Source: a virus (taxonomy: Duplodnaviria; Caudoviricetes). From it: a stretch of 38,472 nucleotides of DNA. Below the pieces are notes generated by a model that saw nothing but the letters and a program-made list of their open reading frames with translations, did no database searches and was not told the DNA's origin. The stretch covers positions 1-38,472 of the IMG/VR virus record IMGVR_UViG_3300027711_000008; one strand, given 5' to 3'. The position numbers and the translations under genes are program-made. Below, in pieces: positions 18,892 through 26,547 of the stretch (position 1 is the stretch's first letter; every line of letters starts with the position of its first letter).

Positions 18892-19079
18892 CCTGCCTCC
18901 CGGTATTCTGCCACACGCTCAGCAATCCATGCGTTGATTTCTGACTGCAACCACACCGACACCCGGCCCAACTTCACCGGCTCCGGAAATTCGCCCCGGC
19001 TGATTCTGCCATAAATCTCGGCCTTACATAATCCGACTGAGCTTATGACCTCTGGCAATCTTAGGAATCTTTCAGTCAC
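18888..19079 (-). CDS. AlpA-family regulator / excisionase
   Basis: RFLRLPEV...GL....IY..I..GEFPEPVKLGRVSVW..SEINAWI. Confidence 0.9.
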   Translation of the reverse strand: MTERFLRLPEVISSVGLCKAEIYGRISRGEFPEPVKLGRVSVWLQSEINAWIAERVAEYREAG

Positions 19080-19639
19080 TGCTCACCTCCCGCCTTTTCG
19101 GCCTCGTCGCGTAGGCGTTGGGCTTGCCTGTCAACTTGCTCCGCGGCTGAAGTGACGCCCTCCACAAAAGATGCGCAAGGGCTGCCGGGCAAATCTTTGA
19201 GCCACATTCCGAGAGCCTCACCGTAGTGCTCCAGCGCCTCGGCCTGCTTTCGCTTGATGAAGGGTTGAGAGTTCCCACTTGCTCTCATAATGCCGTGATA
19301 GTCCATCATGATTGCGTCCATGTGCCCGTAATCTCCTTGGTCAACATAGAATCCTTGCGCGCAGTGTTGCAGTCGTTCGCACAGATTTCTAAGCTCCGCC
19401 ACCCTTGCCTGAGCCTGCTCAAGCTGCTTATACGGATCAACGAATGATCCACTGGCTACTACCTTCTCGACCGTGTTCCATGTGTGTTCGTAGTTCGGCC
19501 AGTCGCTCTCAACGACTACGCAATCTGTGCAGGGAATTCTCGCCCCGGACAGCAGGTCGCAGAGAGCTATATCCTGATCTTCGGACAAGTCCTTTATTTT
19601 AATAACGTAGTATCTGGCTTCGCGCTGAAAGTCACTCAT
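19076..19639 (-). CDS. Hypothetical modular phage protein
   Basis: Start MSDFQREARYYVIK after GGAGG; CVVVESDWPNYE motif; coiled coil. Confidence 0.7.
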   Translation of the reverse strand: MSDFQREARYYVIKIKDLSEDQDIALCDLLSGARIPCTDCVVVESDWPNYEHTWNTVEKVVASGSFVDPYKQLEQAQARVAELRNLCERLQHCAQGFYVDQGDYGHMDAIMMDYHGIMRASGNSQPFIKRKQAEALEHYGEALGMWLKDLPGSPCASFVEGVTSAAEQVDRQAQRLRDEAEKAGGEQ

Positions 19640-19886
19640 CGCCTGAGCCCTCCTGCAGGTACCAGATGGTTTCTTTGACCATCTGCAGCTCCCAACCAGC
19701 GGGCTTACTGTAATCCTCCATTCGCCACGCCTCCTGAAGGTCTCCGCTCGCCTGAATTCTTGCGCCGAACTCTTCCTCAAGGACTTGCTTTATCCTGTGC
19801 AAAACGGCTGACTTGCCGCATTGGACAGGCCCGGTTACGGTGACGCAGGCCAATTCTGGGATTGATATTGCCAACTTTTTACTCAT
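19632..19886 (-). CDS. Small protein with P-loop-like GPVQCGKS motif
   Basis: Coupled ORF, start MSKKLAISIP. Confidence 0.6.
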   Translation of the reverse strand: MSKKLAISIPELACVTVTGPVQCGKSAVLHRIKQVLEEEFGARIQASGDLQEAWRMEDYSKPAGWELQMVKETIWYLQEGSGDE

Positions 19887-20379
19887 CGGCTTCGCCATCC
19901 TGTGGTGGTTGTGTAGCGGCCACCATTGCATCAAACGCAAGCTGTAGCTTCTCGGCTACTTCGACTCTTTGATCTTCTGGCCGGTTATCCCAATCGCCCA
20001 CGGTTGCCAAGGCAAACGCTTTCACCGCTTCATTGGGTAGGCTTTCCGGCATCAGCACGTACCCCTCCGGCACTGGCTGAGGGGCTGCGCATGCATCACG
20101 AACGCTAAACCCTGCCTCATGAAAGCTACAATTGGCTAATTCTGATGATGCTTTGCGCAGCTTCTCGTTCTCGGCTTGTAGGGCTGGCGTAAACCTCTCC
20201 AGGCTCGCCCAGTCCGGATGGTCCGGGAAATCCCATTGTCTATCGCCCCAGCACAGCTCGCACCAGCACTCGGTGTCATACACGCGCAGGTCGCTCGCAG
20301 GCCACGAGAATTCCTCGTAGCAGCTTGTGCAGCCATACAGAGGCCGCTGATTTACTGTTCCGGGCTTATTGGTTGTCAT
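19879..20379 (-). CDS. Modular hypothetical protein (Zn-binding N-terminus, Ea22/Ead-like linker architecture)
   Basis: CTSC..CELC; AAPQPVPEGY linker; MVAATQPPQ end. Confidence 0.65.
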   Translation of the reverse strand: MTTNKPGTVNQRPLYGCTSCYEEFSWPASDLRVYDTECWCELCWGDRQWDFPDHPDWASLERFTPALQAENEKLRKASSELANCSFHEAGFSVRDACAAPQPVPEGYVLMPESLPNEAVKAFALATVGDWDNRPEDQRVEVAEKLQLAFDAMVAATQPPQDGEADE

Positions 20380-21073
20380 GGCTGGTCTCCTGTGGTGGTT
20401 GTGGGCGCTTGAGGCCGGTGGGTTTCCATGCGTAATACTCACAGTCGATCTCATTTACGTACTCTCGATCAGTGCGCCAGCCACGGTCGTACCAGCACAC
20501 CCATAAATACCCGTCACAATCCGCATCCGCCTCAGTCGGCAACCTCTCGCTGCACTTAATCCACCCATCACCCTCTGGCTGGGGTGTGGCGGGAATGGAG
20601 AGTAGGGCAGCCATATCTTCCCAAATGTTGTTCACGATCTGCGTGTAGTTGCCGCCAAACGTCTTGAGCCCTCGCGTAAGCGCGGTCACGCCCTCGTTCA
20701 GCATCTGTTCTGTTGGTACCTCCGGCACACTCCCTTGCTGGGCGGGCTGGGGGCCACGAGAAGCCTGAACGTTCAGGTCTTCCAGAATTTCCAAAACCAG
20801 TTCCTCGTGGTAAGTATCTTGGTCAGAGAAATGGATTGGCGTAAATCCACCCTCAACGGTGTCGTGATGCCCAGCCTCATAGCCAGAGTTGTAAACGTGG
20901 ACGAACCACGGAAGACTGCCTTTGCCATCCTCCTCCTGCCCACCCTGAGCGCGGGCGGCTTGCCCATCTTTTAGCTCTTGAACAATCTCTTCAATGGTCA
21001 TTGGCTGGCCATTTTTTAGAATTGCAGCCCCATCGCCGCAGATTCCTTGGCTGTACTCATGCTCAATCATCAC
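20366..21073 (-). CDS. Modular protein with C-terminal DUF551-like domain
   Basis: GWIKCSERLP motif; RAQG and PQPPQE linkers. Confidence 0.7.
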   Translation of the reverse strand: MMIEHEYSQGICGDGAAILKNGQPMTIEEIVQELKDGQAARAQGGQEEDGKGSLPWFVHVYNSGYEAGHHDTVEGGFTPIHFSDQDTYHEELVLEILEDLNVQASRGPQPAQQGSVPEVPTEQMLNEGVTALTRGLKTFGGNYTQIVNNIWEDMAALLSIPATPQPEGDGWIKCSERLPTEADADCDGYLWVCWYDRGWRTDREYVNEIDCEYYAWKPTGLKRPQPPQETSHDNQ

Positions 21074-21278
21074 CTGAGCCCTCCTGCTTTATGAGGTGTG
21101 CAACAGCGGCCTGTGTAGATGGATTGCACATTATCTCAGCGCCGCAAATCGTCTTAATTGGCTTGATGCAATTTGCATAACCGTCAATCATTGTCGTAGC
21201 GAGTCTTATTGACGGACTGGGGTATTCACTTATAAACGCCTTAACTTCAACGGCGCAGTCATATCTTAGTTGTGCCAT
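21063..21278 (-). CDS. Hypothetical protein
   Basis: Start MAQLRYD after GGAGG repeat; coupled on both sides. Confidence 0.6.
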   Translation of the reverse strand: MAQLRYDCAVEVKAFISEYPSPSIRLATTMIDGYANCIKPIKTICGAEIMCNPSTQAAVAHLIKQEGSGDD

Positions 21279-21850
21279 CACTCGCCCTCCTGTGGTGGTT
21301 GTGGTATTTGAAGCCAGAGCGTTACCGCGCGATGCGGATCGTTTGCGAACCATTCGCTACCCGTGTCTGCGCAAACATCGACATAATCCAACTCATAACC
21401 GTCTACTCCGGGGATGCTCGTCAGAACCTCAAGGTCTGCATCCGGCAGTAAATCATCGACGCTAATCCACTCCGGCACTGCCTGAGCCTTTGGTGGGTGG
21501 GTGTAGCCTTCCAGAACATCCTCACCTTGCTGCGCTATTTCCCATAATGCCGGGCTGCGCTGAACCCGATTCAATAGGCCCAGCTGCACAAGCATGTCCA
21601 GCCAGTGGCGGCCAATATCAACATCCTGTCCATCCTCGGCGCACACGTCGAAACGCCGCAGCTTCTCGATGATCTTGGTGGCGAATTTCGGGAGCGCCAC
21701 CGGCTCCGCATCACCCTGAGCGCGGTCTTCCATATGTTGCTTTGCTAACTCCCAGTCGGATCTCAAGATTGTTGCTCGTTCAACGTCAATACTATTTGTG
21801 CTTGTAAATTGCCGCTGGATTTTCTCAAACGCCTCTCTAATATCACTCAT
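21278..21850 (-). CDS. Modular protein with C-terminal DUF551-like domain
   Basis: RAQGDAEPV / YTHPP / VPEWISVDDLLP...VTLWLQIPQPP. Confidence 0.7.
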   Translation of the reverse strand: MSDIREAFEKIQRQFTSTNSIDVERATILRSDWELAKQHMEDRAQGDAEPVALPKFATKIIEKLRRFDVCAEDGQDVDIGRHWLDMLVQLGLLNRVQRSPALWEIAQQGEDVLEGYTHPPKAQAVPEWISVDDLLPDADLEVLTSIPGVDGYELDYVDVCADTGSEWFANDPHRAVTLWLQIPQPPQEGE

Positions 21851-22055
21851 CGCCTTCGCCCTCCTGTGGTTCTCGAATCTCGACTTCGCCAAATCTCACG
21901 CAAAAATGATTTCCTGACGCTGCGTGCTCAAAAACAAAAAGCTGGTCTGTCGCAAACAGCAGCCTTGTCTTAACCCAGACTGACCTGAACTTAACCCCGA
22001 CGCTGCGTATTTCACACGTCTCGCCAGGCCTCGGAATGAAAGTTGAAATCATCAC
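21843..22055 (-). CDS. Hypothetical protein
   Basis: Coupled small ORF between two copies of the junction repeat. Confidence 0.55.
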   Translation of the reverse strand: MMISTFIPRPGETCEIRSVGVKFRSVWVKTRLLFATDQLFVFEHAASGNHFCVRFGEVEIREPQEGEGDE

Positions 22056-22612
22056 TCGCCCTCCTGTGGTGGTTGTGGGGCTACGTCTAGCAGTGCACGG
22101 GCTCTAGACATCATTGCCTTGTGCTTATACGGCGGATCTTCGTCATAGTCCATTTGATAGATTCGCATAGCCTCAATCAGTTCTTCCAAGCACTCTTTCC
22201 ACCCCTCCGTCACTCCGGCGCTTGGTGGGTGGGTGTAGAGCTGTGACCATTCAAAGCGATCACTAATCTCCGACATCAAGTTGCTATACTTGCTCTCATC
22301 GTCGCTGTTGCTATCATGCAGGTTGCATATAAGCTCACTCTCTACAGCGCACCACGCAACGCAGACCATTGCCTCAGTATTTGAGTCGTCGAACCCACGA
22401 ACAAGGTAGCGCCCCGGCCTGTGTGGTTTTGGTGTCCATACCGGCTCCGCATCACCCTGAGCGCGGGCTTCCAGCAACTCCACCGCCGCATCAATCATCC
22501 TCCCCAACTCCTCAGGCAAAATGCCCGCCTCGTCCATAGTCCGTTCGTCGTCGCCGCGCCGCCATGCGTTGTATTTGCGCAGGTAGGCGGTAATCTCTCT
22601 AACACCACTCAT
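22052..22612 (-). CDS. Modular hypothetical protein
   Basis: YNAWRRG N-module; RAQGDAEPV, LYTHPP, APQPPQEGE linkers. Confidence 0.7.
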   Translation of the reverse strand: MSGVREITAYLRKYNAWRRGDDERTMDEAGILPEELGRMIDAAVELLEARAQGDAEPVWTPKPHRPGRYLVRGFDDSNTEAMVCVAWCAVESELICNLHDSNSDDESKYSNLMSEISDRFEWSQLYTHPPSAGVTEGWKECLEELIEAMRIYQMDYDEDPPYKHKAMMSRARALLDVAPQPPQEGE

Positions 22613-22791
22613 AGCTCACCCTCCACCTTAACCATCTTGCCGCCGACAATTTCATACCTGTACCTGGCCGGCTTTGGTTCCGGCTCCGGCTCGTGCATAG
22701 CATTGCGGATCTGTTCGAGGTCGTTTACCTGCCCGTACAGAAGCGCAAACTCTTCGGGGTTGTTGAGGTCGGTCATTCGGGATTCCTCCAT
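22609..22791 (-). CDS. Hypothetical protein
   Basis: Coupled ORF; likely start 22776. Confidence 0.55.
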   Translation of the reverse strand: MEESRMTDLNNPEEFALLYGQVNDLEQIRNAMHEPEPEPKPARYRYEIVGGKMVKVEGEL

Positions 22792-23063
22792 CGCATAGTT
22801 GCCGCAATAAAATTTATGCTCTTCACCGCCTCATGGCTCAACTTTTCAGGAGCCACTTTTAAGCCTATCTGTTTGTTCGGCGGGAAAATCTTAATGACCT
22901 CGCCGAGCAGACCTGCCTCCCTGGCCCGGACGTTTAGCGTTCTCGGCGTCGTCCCAAGCTCCGCGCACAGGTCGGTCTTGTTCAGGCCTGGATCTTCTTG
23001 CTTTCGCTTGCGCAAGTAGTCCAGCTTTTCCCTTGTGATCTGGAATCGCTTTGGCTTTGTCAT
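22773..23063 (-). CDS. Putative HTH DNA-binding protein
   Basis: NKTDLCAELGTTPRTL; GGAGG RBS before ATG 23063. Confidence 0.6.
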   Translation of the reverse strand: MTKPKRFQITREKLDYLRKRKQEDPGLNKTDLCAELGTTPRTLNVRAREAGLLGEVIKIFPPNKQIGLKVAPEKLSHEAVKSINFIAATMRWRNPE

Positions 23064-23101
23064 GACTTCAACCTCCGTGCATCCAGTGAGAGGGGTTTGG
23101 C

Positions 23102-23575
23102 TTATACTGCATTTTTCGCTTCTCCGTTTTTGGCGTGCCACTCCTTGTGACATTTAGGGCACAACCAGCGTACAACCAACGGCTGCGCATAATCGTCGTG
23201 ATGGCCGTGCAAGCGATTTGGTGATGATCCGCAAGACTCGCATAGTTCTGGTTTTTTGATTCTTCCGGCACGCACTGCATTGCCTAAAAGCACATGCGCC
23301 GCTCGCTTTACGGCGTTCCTTTCAATAAATCTTACCTTTGCCCTTCTGGTAGCATCTTTACCTGCCTTCGTTGATTGATATCTTCTGTGTCGCTCTCTAA
23401 CCCTTGGGTCTTCCTTGAATCTTTTCTTGTCATAGGCCCTATAGTATTCGGCCTTTGCAGCCCTGTTAGCTCTAACCTTTGCCTTCCTGCACTCTTTGCA
23501 GGTGTTGTCATTGGCGTAGAATCCAGTGTCTTCAGGTAGCTCGTCGTTGCACCTATTGCAGATTTTAGTGATCAT
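23102..23575 (-). CDS. Free-standing HNH-like endonuclease (zinc-finger type)
   Basis: N-terminal CxxC..CxxC, basic helix, C-terminal CESC..HGHHDDY..PLVVRWLCPKCHKEWH. Confidence 0.75.
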   Translation of the reverse strand: MITKICNRCNDELPEDTGFYANDNTCKECRKAKVRANRAAKAEYYRAYDKKRFKEDPRVRERHRRYQSTKAGKDATRRAKVRFIERNAVKRAAHVLLGNAVRAGRIKKPELCESCGSSPNRLHGHHDDYAQPLVVRWLCPKCHKEWHAKNGEAKNAV

Positions 23576-23605
23576 AAAAAGCCCTCCGTAGAGGGCATTA
23601 TATCA
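23576..23605 (-). promoter_or_regulatory. Extended -10 promoter and RBS-sequestering/terminator hairpin for endonuclease
   Basis: TGATATAAT (23605-23597), then GCCCTC-TACG-GAGGGC-TTTTT-ATG. Confidence 0.7.
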
Positions 23606-23618
23606 TTGAAAGGTATGT

Positions 23619-24320
23619 TTAGAAAGGAATCAATTATGTTCAGTTAAGGGCGCTAACCTTAACCCGCCTTTCGGCAGCTACCTGTTTCCAGGCAGATCAG
23701 ACCATATCATCACCTACTTGAGGTGGCCCCCGCTTCCACTCGCTTGAGTGTACGCCTTACGGCTGGTCGTTGAACGTTCCCGTTTAGGGCTTCGCTGCTG
23801 ATTGTCTTCGGCTTTATCCGGTCAGAGTTCCCAGCAATTCAAGGGCTTTTCACTGCCGCATCGCTACGGCAGGCGACATTCATTTATCGTCATCAAAATC
23901 ATCTACCGGGGCCAAGCCTCCGCCCGCGCCAGTCGGGGCTGGATTGTTCTGCTGATACTGCTGCTGCGGGCGCTGTGCCGGTTGCTGTGGTTGCGCCTGC
24001 TGGCCTTGCGGCTGGGGACCAACGAGGCTGATCTCGCTAATGCGCAGCGTTACCGAAAAGCCCTGCGTGCCATCGTTTTTCTGGTATTGGCGCGTGCCAA
24101 GCTCACCCGTTACGGCGACCTGCTGGCCTTTAGTGAGGTACTGTATGAGGCCGGATTCGGCGCGCTTGCCGAACAGGGCGCAATCGATCCAAACGGTTTG
24201 TTTGTTGTCACCAAAACCGCTATCAACGGCCAGTGCGATACCGGCAACGGGCGTGCCGTTGGCGGTGTGGTTTACTTGGGCATCACGGCCAATGCGGCCG
24301 ACGGCGGTAAATACGTTCAT
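23619..24320 (-). CDS. ssb: Single-stranded DNA-binding protein, intron-split: join(24320-23886, 23630-23619), 148 aa
   Basis: OB fold (GRIGRD...WIDCALFGKRAE...LTKGQQVAVTGEL), Q/P-rich linker, acidic tail DDFDDD completed by IPF in exon 2. Confidence 0.93.
23631..23885 (-). ncRNA. Group I self-splicing intron (IA-like, no internal ORF) in ssb
   Basis: P (AAUUGCUGGGAA), Q (AAUCAGCAG), R (GUUCAACGACCA), S (AUGAUAUGGUC) elements; P1 U.G pair at 5' splice site, P10, GNRA-capped P2/P9, terminal G; removal restores DDD-IPF-stop. Confidence 0.9.
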
Positions 24321-25198
24321 TTTGAGATCCTTACAGTCCATGAGGTTGTTGCTTGCTTGCGAAACTCATCAGGGTTCAGCCCGGATGCTTTAGCAAGGGC
24401 TTCGGTATCGACTGAGCCCTGTCGGGTAGTCGGGTAGGCCATGAGGCCGCAGCCCTTCGACTTTTTGCCCTCGGCCATTTTGATGAGCGCTTTCTTGAGC
24501 GCGTCTTGTCGTTTTTTGAGCGCCTTCATCTCGCCGTCAATTTCGAGGTATTCGGCGGCATGGTTCGCCCACGCCTCATCCTCTGACATATCGCGTTCGA
24601 GCGGTTCAAGGTGCGGGTTCTCGCCTTCTGGCAGGGTAATCGCGGCCTGGTAGTCGGCCATGAACGCCTCAAGCTCGGGCATGCGCTTTTCTAGCCAGCC
24701 CGCTTCGGCTTCAACCGTTTGCAGGCGGTGCGCATTGGGTGCCCAGGCGAAGTAATCCCAAGTGCCCCGGCCAGTGACAGCCATGCAAAGTTGGATTTGA
24801 GCCATGTAGTGCGGCTGATCTTCAATCGCCTTCAGATTGCCGGAGTACGGACACTTGATCTCAACGCCGTGATCGTCGTTTACGAGCCCGTCAGGGCTTG
24901 CAGCCAGCCATTCGTGTTCGGGGTGCACGATTAGCCCGACCTCATCCACGATATGGCCGGTGACAGCTTCGTACTCGCTCAGAGCGTCGGCTTCGTGCTC
25001 GGTGCCGTACTCGGTTGCCACGTTGCCCTGAAACTCCTTCTCAACCCCGAAGAGCTCCCGCACCATCTCCCGCAACACGTCGTCGCGTGTGGTGTATGGG
25101 TTCAGGCCAAGGATTGAGCCGATGCGGCTGCCGGTGATCCGGCCAACTCGCTGGGCAAACCATGCTTCACTTCTTTGCTCTGCTGGTGCGTTCATCAC
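24317..25198 (-). CDS. YqaJ / lambda-exonuclease family recombination nuclease
   Basis: EQRSEAW...R.GRITGS, G..HE, ASPDG, EIKCP, Y.AQIQ motifs. Confidence 0.92.
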   Translation of the reverse strand: MMNAPAEQRSEAWFAQRVGRITGSRIGSILGLNPYTTRDDVLREMVRELFGVEKEFQGNVATEYGTEHEADALSEYEAVTGHIVDEVGLIVHPEHEWLAASPDGLVNDDHGVEIKCPYSGNLKAIEDQPHYMAQIQLCMAVTGRGTWDYFAWAPNAHRLQTVEAEAGWLEKRMPELEAFMADYQAAITLPEGENPHLEPLERDMSEDEAWANHAAEYLEIDGEMKALKKRQDALKKALIKMAEGKKSKGCGLMAYPTTRQGSVDTEALAKASGLNPDEFRKQATTSWTVRISK

Positions 25199-25761
25199 GC
25201 TGCCTCCTTAACTTGAGCGTACCGGGCCTTAACCGCGCCATTCACGGCCGCTCGGGTTTCCTGATCGAATGTTTCACACAGAGCTTTCAATGCTTCCTCT
25301 GTCGCGCACTCATTGATTTTCTGCACCTGCGCACCGTAATCCTTGGCGGGGGCTTTCTTGCGGTTGTTCGGGCCGCCTACCGCGCCGTTACCGTCGTCAT
25401 CCTCTTGAGCGATGCCCGCCATGGCGGCTAGCCCGTAACGCCTGCAATATGTGATTGCAGAGCCCACACCTTGCGCGTCCTGCTTGCTCACCGGAGCCGA
25501 TACGCTGCTGGCAATCCATTCGCCCGACTTGTGGGTAAACATGGTTTCAACCGTCACCGCGCCGTTCTCATACTCGGGTGCCTGGATCACGGCAATATCG
25601 TGAGCGGCCAGCACCGGGCGAACCGTATTCAGCACTTCCGCCAGGTCGGCGTATTGGCTGCGGAAATGCGGATTTTTCGCGTTCTTGCTGGCGTTGCTGA
25701 TCTCGGCCTGAGCCTTCGCCAGCGCGCTTGCGATTTCGGTAATGCTGTCTGACATTTTCAT
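25195..25761 (-). CDS. erf: ERF family single-strand annealing protein
   Basis: KNPHF.S.YADL...Q..GSAITYCRRY.L..M.GI..EDDDG. Confidence 0.9.
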   Translation of the reverse strand: MKMSDSITEIASALAKAQAEISNASKNAKNPHFRSQYADLAEVLNTVRPVLAAHDIAVIQAPEYENGAVTVETMFTHKSGEWIASSVSAPVSKQDAQGVGSAITYCRRYGLAAMAGIAQEDDDGNGAVGGPNNRKKAPAKDYGAQVQKINECATEEALKALCETFDQETRAAVNGAVKARYAQVKEAA

Positions 25762-25919
25762 ACTGTTTGCCCCATCATTTCGCGCTGCAACTCGTTAGCC
25801 CACAGCTCATCGGTTCTGGCCTGCCAGCGGGCGGCCTCATCACTCCCGGCTGGATACGGGTTATCGCCCGCACCCATGCCATCCTTGTAATCCTTCACTG
25901 CTTGCAGCTCGGGTGTCAT
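25758..25919 (-). CDS. Small hypothetical protein (53 aa, not in ORF track)
   Basis: MTPELQAVKDY...DNPYPAGS...; ATGA overlaps at both ends, GGAGG upstream. Confidence 0.6.
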   Translation of the reverse strand: MTPELQAVKDYKDGMGAGDNPYPAGSDEAARWQARTDELWANELQREMMGQTV

Positions 25920-26287
25920 GCCACATCCCTCCTGCTAAGTTCCCGCTCAGCTTTCGCCGAGTTCTCAAAATCAATCAGCCCGACTACATGCCGAACCGCC
26001 TTATCACGCGCTTCTTTCAGAATCCGCACCGCTTCCAACGGATCGCTGTCCAGCTTTGCGAACGCCAGAGTTACCTCGTCGCGGCTCAGATCATCGACCG
26101 CTTCCATCACATCAAAGTCGGTTTTGTAGTCATCGGTGAGCGTGCCAAAATCGGTCAGCACGTCGTAATCAAACCGGTTCAACTTGGTCAGGGCTTCGTT
26201 TGCCTGTTCGCGAAGTTCGTCTGCCCTGGCCTCGATCTCTGCCGCGTCGTCGAGTTCTTTCTGGTAGTTTGAAAATGACTGTCTCAC
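25916..26287 (-). CDS. Hypothetical acidic protein
   Basis: Coupled ORF in early operon. Confidence 0.65.
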   Translation of the reverse strand: MRQSFSNYQKELDDAAEIEARADELREQANEALTKLNRFDYDVLTDFGTLTDDYKTDFDVMEAVDDLSRDEVTLAFAKLDSDPLEAVRILKEARDKAVRHVVGLIDFENSAKAERELSRRDVA

Positions 26288-26547
26288 GCCACTATCTCCT
26301 GACGCTGAGCCAGCGTCTCTTTGTACATCTGCTCAAGCCTTCGACGCACACCTACGAGACTGTGGCTATCGTCGTCCAGACTGTAAGCCGTCCAGCTATC
26401 GGTGATGTCGTTGCCGCTCCAGAAAACTACCCAGGCCAACGTTGCGCCCTTTCTGGAGAAGTCCACCGAAACGTCAGCTATGCCGCGCTCTTTCATCGCC
26501 TCGGTCAGATTCAAAATCCGCAGCTTCTCTTTCCGTATCTCGTTCAT
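26284..26547 (-). CDS. Hypothetical protein
   Basis: Coupled ORF, GGAGG RBS. Confidence 0.65.
   Translation of the reverse strand: MNEIRKEKLRILNLTEAMKERGIADVSVDFSRKGATLAWVVFWSGNDITDSWTAYSLDDDSHSLVGVRRRLEQMYKETLAQRQEIVA

Larger units (their letters stand above)
19633..22078 (-). repeat. Dispersed gene-junction repeats (RBS plus stop/start)
   Basis: CATCACTCGCCCTCCTGTGGTGGTTGTGG identical at 21276-21304 and 22050-22078; partial copies at 19881-19913, 20387-20405, 21844-21870; variant CCTGAGCCCTCCTGC near 19642 and 21073. Confidence 0.85.

Noticed and set aside
19633-22625. Dispersed repeats as a CRISPR array or integron attC sites
   Set aside because: Irregular spacing of hundreds of bp, repeats are coding and non-palindromic, no cas or intI gene
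23631-23885. Hairpin-rich region as tRNA, CRISPR array or group II intron
   Set aside because: No cloverleaf, no repeat-spacer periodicity, no GUGYG start or domain V; group I P/Q/R/S elements and splice junctions fit instead
23802-24437. 211-aa plus-strand ORF over ssb and the intron
   Set aside because: Antisense shadow of ssb, no recognisable motif or RBS
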